From the NCBI RefSeq assembly GCF_004340125.1, contig NZ_SLUK01000009.1, positions 69,885 through 101,884 of the forward strand: a DNA stretch of 32,000 nt. Direction: 5' to 3'. Shown piece by piece: positions 1-5,565 of this stretch (position 1 is the stretch's first letter; each line of letters starts with the position of its first letter). The notes under the pieces are model-generated. The model saw only the letters and a program-made list of their open reading frames with translations. It made no database searches and was not told the origin of the DNA. The position numbers were made by a program, and so were the translations under genes. Origin of the DNA: Harryflintia acetispora. Lineage in GTDB: Bacteria; Bacillota; Clostridia; Oscillospirales; Ruminococcaceae.

Positions 1-405
1 CCCGCAAAGGCAGTCATAGAGCTCCTCGATGCAGACGATATAGTCCCCGATCTCGTTGAGCCGGTGGATCAGCTCCCACAGGCTGGAGGCCTCCTCGTTT
101 TCCTTGAGGAAGCTGCCGTAGCTGCGCAGAAAGTCGATCTTGTCCAGGAGCTCCTGCACCCGCTCGCAGAGCCCCGGGAAGCGGTAGACGTCCTCGAAGA
201 TGGCGCAGCGGTATTCGACCGCGCGCGGGTCGGGCGTCAGGTTGCCGGTCAGTAGGCTCTTGATGAGCGCGCGCTCTGCCGGCTTGTCGCTCACCTCGGC
301 GCAGATAAAATCCACCGAAAGGTCGCTCTGTGCCTCCGGCGGCAGCTTGTGGTGGACGCCCTCGGCCCCGGGCGGGTCGATCAGGCTCAGTTTCTTCATC
401 GGCAT
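1..405 (-). CDS. MutS-related ATPase-like protein, N-terminal part (gene runs off the left edge)
   Basis: Minus-strand frame is open from the ATG at 405-403 to base 1. A GGAGG lies 10 nt upstream (416-420 rc). Translation MPMKKLSLIDPP...YRCAIFEDVYRFPGLCERVQELL resembles N-termini of clostridial MutS-related proteins. It is missing from the ORF track because it is truncated. Confidence 0.45.
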   Translation of the reverse strand, partial: MPMKKLSLIDPPGAEGVHHKLPPEAQSDLSVDFICAEVSDKPAERALIKSLLTGNLTPDPRAVEYRCAIFEDVYRFPGLCERVQELLDKIDFLRSYGSFLKENEEASSLWELIHRLNEIGDYIVCIEELYDCLCG

Positions 406-693
406 GGATACCCTACCTCCCATTTTCGATGTTGGCCGCGCGGCAGCGGCGGCTTGCTGTCACCATTATACCACCGCACGCGCGCCCTGTCATCTGCCGG
501 GAGCGGCCCGGCGGAAAGGCGAAAAATTTTTATCCCGCTGGAAAAAGTGATAGGCGCAGAGGAGAATATGTGCTATATTGATATAAAAAGATTAGATACC
601 TTTGGAGGGGCGTATGCTCATCGCCATCGCCGCGCTCGGGACGGCGGGTCCCGCCAGCGATGGAACAATTCTATTAGGTAAAGGGTGGTCAAC

Positions 694-1986
694 ATGAAGG
701 CAATTTCCGCTCTGCTGCGCCGGAACCGGTTTCTCGACGAGCTGCTGAGCATCGAAGGTAACGCGAAGTACTGTATCCTGACCCTTCCGTTCCAGATGAT
801 CGTCTATTCCCTTTACACCCCCTTCGCCTCCCTCTATATGAAGGAGCTGGGGCTTTCGGACTCGCAGATCGGCACGGTGGTCACCGTGGGGCTGATCTCC
901 CAGATGGCCAGCTCCTTCATCGGCGGAATGGTCACCGACAAGATCGGGCGGCGAAAAAGCAACCTGCTCTTCGACGCGGTGGCCTACGTCACCTCGGCCC
1001 TGTTGATGGCGGTGGCCCACAACTTCTGGTACTTCGTCATCGCCCAGGGGTTTTACGGGCTGTTCCAGGCCTCGAACAACGCCTGGAACGGGCTGATCGG
1101 CGAGGACTGCGAGCCGGACAAGATTTCGCTGGTCTTCAGCGGACTTCAGGTCATCCAGCTGCTGACCACCTTCCTGGCGCCGATCGCCATCTTCTTCATC
1201 GACCGCTACGACCTGGTGCCCACCATGCGGGTCATCTACGGGATCGCCACCGTGACCATCAGCATGAAGATCCTGCTGCTCTACCACTTCGACCATGAAA
1301 CCGAGATGGGCAAACGCCGTATGGCGGAGACGCGCGACATCCCGCTTTACAAGATGTTCGCCGGCTACCGCGGGGTGCTGGGGATCATCTTTAAGACCCC
1401 CGCGACCTTCCTGCTGCTGGCGATCGTGATCATCGCCAACGTGATCACAGTGGTCTGCAACAACTTCTTTTCCCTTTACATCTCCAATACCCTCGGCGTG
1501 TCCGACGCCGTTGTGGGCTATGTGCCGCTGGTGCGCGCGGCCATCCTGCTGCTCTTCATGTTCGGCGTGCAGCACTGGATCAACTCCCTGCCCTATAAGC
1601 CGGTGATGATCATCGGGCTGCTCATCTACATCGTGGGCTTCGTCAGCCTGATCCTGGCGCGCGAGAGCCTCATTGGCCTTTACATCTATATCCCGCTCGA
1701 GGCGGTGGCCTACGCCTTCGTCATGCCGCGCAAGGATGCGCTGCTCACCCTCTTTGTGGATAAGCACGACCGCTCGAAGGTGTTCGGCATGCTCTATGTC
1801 ATCGTGTTGGGCGTTTCGGCGCCCTTCGGGTCGATCATCGGGGCGCTCAGCGACTCCAACCAGGTTTACCCGCTGATCCTGGTCATCCTGCTGTGCGTGC
1901 TGGGCTGCCTGCTGGTGCTCTTCGGGCGCAGCGACCTGCGCCAGGGAGAGACGGAGGAGGCCCCGGCTGCCGCCGGGGAGCTGTAA
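694..1986 (+). CDS. MFS transporter
   Basis: The ORF 685-1986 is multi-TM and hydrophobic. It carries MFS motif A (GGMVTDKIGRRKS). ATG 694 is preferred because AAGGGTGG lies 5 nt upstream. Confidence 0.85.
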   Translation: MKAISALLRRNRFLDELLSIEGNAKYCILTLPFQMIVYSLYTPFASLYMKELGLSDSQIGTVVTVGLISQMASSFIGGMVTDKIGRRKSNLLFDAVAYVTSALLMAVAHNFWYFVIAQGFYGLFQASNNAWNGLIGEDCEPDKISLVFSGLQVIQLLTTFLAPIAIFFIDRYDLVPTMRVIYGIATVTISMKILLLYHFDHETEMGKRRMAETRDIPLYKMFAGYRGVLGIIFKTPATFLLLAIVIIANVITVVCNNFFSLYISNTLGVSDAVVGYVPLVRAAILLLFMFGVQHWINSLPYKPVMIIGLLIYIVGFVSLILARESLIGLYIYIPLEAVAYAFVMPRKDALLTLFVDKHDRSKVFGMLYVIVLGVSAPFGSIIGALSDSNQVYPLILVILLCVLGCLLVLFGRSDLRQGETEEAPAAAGEL

Positions 1987-2007
1987 CGAAAAAAGGAGGG
2001 TAGGACC

Positions 2008-2340
2008 ATGAAACTGGGAATTATTCGGTGCCTGCAAACAGAGGACTACTGCCCGGGTACAACGGACTTTCGCGCAATCAAAGAAAAGACCGGGGCCTTT
2101 CAAGGCGTATCGGAGGAGATAGAAATCATCGGGTTCATCGGCTGCGGCGGCTGCCCGGGGAAGAAAGCCGTGCTGCGGGCGCGGGAGCTTGTCAAAAGGG
2201 GAGCCGATACGGTCGCTTTTGCGAGCTGCGTCCAGAAGGGGACCCCGATCGGCTACCCCTGCCCGTTCGCCAAAAAGATGAAGGAATTGATCGCAAAAGA
2301 TTTGGGGGAAGGCATTAGGCTTTTGGACTATACGCATTGA
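2008..2340 (+). CDS. CGGC domain-containing protein
   Basis: 110-aa ORF with IGCGGCPGKK and further Cys motifs typical of the CGGC domain. AAGGAGGG RBS upstream. Confidence 0.75.
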   Translation: MKLGIIRCLQTEDYCPGTTDFRAIKEKTGAFQGVSEEIEIIGFIGCGGCPGKKAVLRARELVKRGADTVAFASCVQKGTPIGYPCPFAKKMKELIAKDLGEGIRLLDYTH

Positions 2341-2383
2341 CGGGTTCGTTTTTTGTGTAGAAAATTGCATATATATAGGTAAG

Positions 2384-2431
2384 GGCCCGGCCCCTGCCGC
2401 CCATTGGGTGGCAGGGGCCGGGCCGCTTTGT
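2384..2431 (+). terminator. Rho-independent terminator after the CGGC gene
   Basis: 15-bp GC stem GGCCCGGCCCCTGCC / GGCAGGGGCCGGGCC followed by GCTTTGT. Confidence 0.6.
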
Positions 2432-2733
2432 ACGTAAAGGGCGGATACTGTACAAGCCGCGCTCGTCCGCGAAGAACTGGAAATCGACTGGGACTGGAAA
2501 AAATCGAGGCGGTTCAGGCTGACTTAAATGGCTTTGTGATCAGCTTTTGGCGAAATCATAAGGTGCGGGTCGAAAAGGAAGAAAATGTTAAAATATTCCA
2601 AATTGTGAAATTCGTGAAAACTTCATGATTTTTTTTGCCACATACAGAAAGCCTTTGGTGATCTCTCTGGAATTTGGGCCGGTTTTGGACAAAGTGTCCC
2701 TCAAAATGCCGTTTTCGGACAAGTACCGGAAGT

Positions 2734-2762
2734 TTGACAAAAATTTGCGGGTTGAATATAAT
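2734..2762 (+). promoter_or_regulatory. Sigma-A promoter, perfect consensus TTGACA-17-TATAAT
   Basis: TTGACA at 2734-2739, a 17-nt spacer, then TATAAT at 2757-2762. It lies 155 nt upstream of the YabE-like start. Confidence 0.75.
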
Positions 2763-2768
2763 GGCAAC

Positions 2769-2916
2769 TGCCTTGGTAAAAATAGTTAGTGTGGCGGGCT
2801 CCCAAATCCAAAAGCGGGAGAACCTGCCGGACAGATTATTCACAACAAGAGCGAAAGCAAGCGCGGTGAAAGCCCGCGCGCGCCCAACGAGGCTGCTTTC
2901 AAAAAAGGAGCGGTTT
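2769..2916 (+). promoter_or_regulatory. Structured 5-prime leader of the YabE-like gene (candidate riboswitch or translational attenuator)
   Basis: The leader is about 148 nt. It contains hairpins GGCGGGCUCCC..GGGAGAACCUGCC and GCGCGG..CCGCGC, plus a CUGCUUU segment able to pair with the SD AAGGAGCGG. GCGGGAGAACC and CCGGACAGAUUAUUC loosely recall ydaO (c-di-AMP) motifs. Confidence 0.35.
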
Positions 2917-3960
2917 ATGGTTAGCATATTACGAAAAGCACTGAGCGCCTGCAAGGCCCTGCGCTCCCGTGCTTTTGCAGTAGGTGCGCTGGCGGTAGTA
3001 ATGGCATTTACAATCTATGAAATATCTGATTTGACGCACGCGGTGTACATCCGCGACGGCGAGAGCGTCACGCTCGCCTACACCATGAGCGACGACGTTG
3101 AGGACCTTCTGCAAAAGGAAGGGATCGAAGTCTCGGGGAGCGACGTCGTCGAGTTTTCCGGTTTCACCTCGAGCACGGCCGAGGTCGAGATCAAGCGGGC
3201 CTTCCCGGTCAAGCTGACGGCCGACGGGGAGACCAGGACCCTGCAGGTGGCCGACAAGACGGTGGCCGACCTGCTGCAGAGCGAGGGGATCACCCTCGAC
3301 GGCAGCGACAAGGTAAACCTGCCGATGAAGCGCGCGCTGTGCGAGGACGACCATGTCGTCGTGCAGCGGGTGGACTTTACCACCCGGGTCGAGGAGCGGG
3401 AAATCCCCTTCGAGACCGTTGCGACCAAAACCTCCCTGCTGCGCCCCGGGCAGACCAAGGTGCTGACCCCTGGGCAGGACGGCAAGGAGGTCACCACCTA
3501 CTCCCAGAAGCTCTGCGACGGCCAGCTGCAAAGCGAGGAGGAGGTCTCCACCCGCGTGGTGGCCGAGCCCGTCGCGCAGGAGGTGCTTGTCGGCGCCGCG
3601 GCGGCGGTCTCGCCGCTGGACTTCGGCTATGAGATGGATGAAAGCGGCGCGCCGGTCGGCTATACCCGGCTGCTCACCGAGCAGAAGGCCACCGGCTACA
3701 GCGCGCGCCCCGGCACCAAGACGGCCAGCGGGCGGTACGCCGTGGCGGGCCACGTCGCGGTGAACACCGAGGTAATCCCCTACGGCACCAAGCTGTACAT
3801 CGCCTCGCCCGACAATTCCTTCGTCTATGGCTACGCCATCGCGGCGGACACCGGCACCGGGCTGATCGACGGCAGCATCGATCTCGACCTGTTCTATGAC
3901 AGCTACACCGAAAGCTGTCTCAACGGGGTGCGGTACGTCAACGTCTATGTGCTGGATTAG
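2917..3960 (+). CDS. YabE-like cell-wall protein (TM anchor, 2x DUF348, G5, C-terminal 3D domain)
   Basis: In frame with track ORF 2674-3960. ATG 2917 is preceded by AAAGGAG. There is an N-terminal TM segment (FAVGALAVVMAFTI). DUF348-like repeats (VEDLLQKEGIEV, VADLLQSEGITL) and a G5-like segment (PGQTKVLTPGQDGKE) follow. The 3D-domain end is GYAIAADTGTGLIDGSIDLDLFY. Confidence 0.85.
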   Translation: MVSILRKALSACKALRSRAFAVGALAVVMAFTIYEISDLTHAVYIRDGESVTLAYTMSDDVEDLLQKEGIEVSGSDVVEFSGFTSSTAEVEIKRAFPVKLTADGETRTLQVADKTVADLLQSEGITLDGSDKVNLPMKRALCEDDHVVVQRVDFTTRVEEREIPFETVATKTSLLRPGQTKVLTPGQDGKEVTTYSQKLCDGQLQSEEEVSTRVVAEPVAQEVLVGAAAAVSPLDFGYEMDESGAPVGYTRLLTEQKATGYSARPGTKTASGRYAVAGHVAVNTEVIPYGTKLYIASPDNSFVYGYAIAADTGTGLIDGSIDLDLFYDSYTESCLNGVRYVNVYVLD

Positions 3961-3979
3961 CTGGACTAGGCAGAAAACA

Positions 3980-4026
3980 AAGGCTCTCCCGGCGGGCGTC
4001 AGCCCGGGAGAGCCTTCTCTTTCTAT
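3980..4026 (+). terminator. Rho-independent terminator
   Basis: Stem AAGGCTCTCCCGG / CCCGGGAGAGCCTT followed by a CTCTTTCT tract. Confidence 0.65.
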
Positions 4027-4088
4027 GAGACTTCCATTTTATCCCATATTTGCATAAGGCGGAATAAAATGCCAAAACTGCAAATAGA

Positions 4089-4400
4089 ATGGATAACGAA
4101 AGGACGGGTTGTTGTTTGAGATTCGTTTCTTTAAACGCCAAGGGCGAGGGGACGCCAAAGGACGCGGCAGGCAGGCTCAGAGTGGTGCGCAGCCCCATCC
4201 TGGAGGACATCGACGAGGTGCTGCGGCAGCTGCGCGAGAGCAGCGCGCGCTTCGACCTGGTCTGCGACGACGATCTGCTCGAGTCGATCATCTACGAGCA
4301 GAACGCGCTGATGGCGCGGTACCGCTACCTGATCAAGCTGGCCAAGCAGGACGGGCTCACGGTGCCACGGGAGCGGCTGCCCGACTGCGTGACCCTTTGA
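4089..4400 (+). CDS. DUF2508 (YaaL-like) protein; start codon uncertain
   Basis: The C-terminal part LLESIIYEQNALMARYRYLIKLAKQDG matches the YaaL/DUF2508 pattern. It lies directly upstream of bofA, as in Bacillus. A TAGAAT -10-like element overlaps ATG 4089, so the true start may be an internal TTG or GTG. Confidence 0.6.
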   Translation: MDNERTGCCLRFVSLNAKGEGTPKDAAGRLRVVRSPILEDIDEVLRQLRESSARFDLVCDDDLLESIIYEQNALMARYRYLIKLAKQDGLTVPRERLPDCVTL

Positions 4401-4431
4401 AAGACGAAAAATGACAACGGGGAGGCAAAAC

Positions 4432-4692
4432 ATGCTGGACACCATTTATCTTGGGGGATTCTTACTGGTCTCGGCAATCGTTATGCTCACCGCGCTGATC
4501 CGCCAGCGGATCCTGGTGCGGGGGCTGCTGCTCAGCGCGGTCAGCGGGTTGGGCTCGCTGGGGGTGGTGAGCCTCCTGTCGGGCACCTTTTCGCTGGGGG
4601 TGACCTTCAACCTCTTTTCGGCAATCACGTCGGTGCTCTATGGGGTGCCGGGGGTGATCGGGATCCTGGTGCTGCATATGATCACAGGGTAA
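4432..4692 (+). CDS. bofA: Pro-sigmaK processing inhibitor BofA
   Basis: Small two-TM protein (LGGFLLVSAIV..., GVPGVIGILVLHMI). GGGGAGG lies 6 nt upstream of ATG 4432. It shows yaaL-bofA synteny. Confidence 0.7.
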   Translation: MLDTIYLGGFLLVSAIVMLTALIRQRILVRGLLLSAVSGLGSLGVVSLLSGTFSLGVTFNLFSAITSVLYGVPGVIGILVLHMITG

Positions 4693-4719
4693 ACGGGGCC
4701 GCGGCAGGGCCCCGTTTTC
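4692..4719 (+). terminator. Rho-independent terminator after bofA
   Basis: Stem ACGGGGCC / GGCCCCGT followed by TTTCG. Confidence 0.6.
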
Positions 4720-4778
4720 GCTCTCTTGACGCTGGGACAAAGCGAAAAAAGATTGGAAAATTTTTTGTAAAAAAGACG

Positions 4779-4807
4779 TTGACTTAAAGCGCTTTTTCGG
4801 GTATAAT
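4779..4807 (+). promoter_or_regulatory. Sigma-A promoter for tRNA-Met (TTGACT-17-TATAAT)
   Basis: TTGACT at 4779-4784, a 17-nt spacer, then TATAAT at 4802-4807. Confidence 0.7.
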
Positions 4808-4838
4808 AATACTCGTTCTGAAAAACGGACAAACATAT

Positions 4839-4915
4839 GGCGGTATAGCTCAGTTGGCTAGAGCATTCGGTTCATACCCGAAGTGTCGGTGGTTCAAGTC
4901 CACTTACCGCTACCA
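4839..4915 (+). tRNA. tRNA-Met (CAT), elongator type
   Basis: Cloverleaf: acceptor GGCGGTA/TACCGCT, anticodon arm TTCGG-TTCATAC-CCGAA, T arm GGTGG-TTCAAGT-CCACT, encoded CCA. It closely resembles the Bacillus elongator tRNA-Met. Confidence 0.9.
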
Positions 4916-4923
4916 TGCGAATA

Positions 4924-4946
4924 AAACCGTGTCAAACGGTTTTTTT
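4924..4946 (+). terminator. Short terminator after tRNA-Met
   Basis: Stem ACCGT / ACGGT followed by TTTTTTT. Confidence 0.5.
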
Positions 4947-4978
4947 CATATATGCCTGCCGACATGGCGGGACAGCCT

Positions 4979-5053
4979 GGCCCGTTGGTCAAGAGGTTAA
5001 GACACCGCCCTTTCACGGCGGTATCGCGGGTTCGATTCCCGCACGGGTCACCA
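4979..5053 (+). tRNA. tRNA-Glu (TTC)
   Basis: Acceptor GGCCCGT/ACGGGTC, anticodon arm CCGCC-CTTTCAC-GGCGG, T arm GCGGG-TTCGATT-CCCGC, encoded CCA. It is near-identical to the Bacillus tRNA-Glu. Confidence 0.92.
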
Positions 5054-5091
5054 AAAATAAAAAGCCATCCTCGGATGGCTTTTTTATTTTT
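5054..5091. terminator. Bidirectional terminator hairpin
   Basis: Stem AAAAGCCATCC / GGATGGCTTTT flanked by A-tracts and T-tracts. Confidence 0.75.
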
Positions 5092-5112
5092 GCCCGTACG
5101 GGAATCGAACAG
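5092..5112 (-). repeat. Inverted partial copy of the tRNA-Glu 3-prime end
   Basis: The reverse complement GTTCGATTCCCGTACGGGC matches tRNA-Glu 5031-5049 (GTTCGATTCCCGCACGGGT). No complete cloverleaf can be drawn. Confidence 0.7.
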
Positions 5113-5420
5113 GCAGCAAGGCGCGTTTGGGCTGCCTGTGGCAGCCAGGTTCTGCCGCGGGTAGATTCCCACACGGATTCGGGAGAAGGGAGCCGCCGGG
5201 CGGCGCTCCCCTTGGGCTGCGCGGGAGGCCGGGAGGGCGGGGCGCTGGAAGGGCTATGACGGACACCCCCAAGATATGGTGGTTGGGATAAATTTTTTTG
5301 CGGTTGACCGCTATCGGTGGAAGCTGCCCCGCGGCGTGATACCATGCCGTTTTGGGACGAATCCCGTCCGGGAGCAGACATAAAATGGGAGGGGCTTTAT
5401 ACCAGCCGTATAGCCGCTAT

Positions 5421-5436
5421 CCACAATATATTGTGG
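5421..5436. promoter_or_regulatory. NrdR box 1
   Basis: The palindrome CCACAATATATTGTGG matches the NrdR operator consensus acaCwAtATaTwGtgt. It lies upstream of nrdD. Confidence 0.8.
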
Positions 5437-5452
5437 TTATATAAAAATTTAA

Positions 5453-5468
5453 TATCAAAATGTATGGT
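5453..5468. promoter_or_regulatory. NrdR box 2 (degenerate)
   Basis: TATCAAAATGTATGGT matches about half the consensus. Its centre is 32 bp from box 1, which is the typical tandem spacing. Confidence 0.4.
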
Positions 5469-5475
5469 TTGTCCG

Positions 5476-5504
5476 TTGACAAAGTAGGTGCCGGGAGGTA
5501 GAAT
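5476..5504 (+). promoter_or_regulatory. nrdDG promoter (TTGACA-17-TAGAAT)
   Basis: TTGACA at 5476-5481, a 17-nt spacer, then TAGAAT at 5499-5504. Confidence 0.7.
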
Positions 5505-5565
5505 ATCATTTGGAGAATTTTAGACGGGGAAACCGGCTTTACTAAGACAAAGGGGAATTGCGGCA

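Noticed and set aside
592-2370. 592-aa minus-strand ORF antisense to the MFS and CGGC genes. Similar long mirror ORFs occur at 5542-6588, 6622-8028, 7937-8824, 8887-9717, 12504-14378, 14721-15833, 17536-18735, 18875-19906, 20120-21169, 21782-22765, 23449-24222, 24960-26042, 26721-27734, 27770-29440 and 30694-31770.
   Set aside because: These are typical high-GC antisense open frames. Their translations are Arg/Gly/Pro/His/Asp-rich low-complexity strings with no recognisable motifs. Each overlaps a sense gene that has clear family signatures and a proper RBS.
2674-2916. N-terminal extensions suggested by the ORF track. Examples are 2674 for the YabE-like gene, 23805 for proA, 17393 for GLUG paralog 2, 12319 for GLUG paralog 1, 18768 for the kinase-like gene, 7892 for nrdG and 26694 for the radical SAM gene.
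   Set aside because: The extensions lack an RBS, overlap promoters, leaders or upstream genes, and translate to non-protein-like sequence. In each case an internal start has a good SD and yields a canonical N-terminus.
5086-5390. A tmRNA or tRNA gene on the minus strand, suggested by the GTTCGATTCCCGTACGGGC end.
   Set aside because: No T-stem pairing, no acceptor-stem partner, no CCA and no tag ORF can be drawn. Only about 20 nt are tRNA-like and they mirror the adjacent tRNA-Glu.
5300-5390. A confident cobalamin riboswitch call upstream of nrdD (and likewise at 8735-8800).
   Set aside because: Only the GGUG/GCUGCCCC core is reminiscent. The B12 box and GCCACUG are absent or badly mismatched. 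This copy also lies upstream of the nrdD promoter and NrdR boxes. It is kept only as a low-confidence shared-motif observation.
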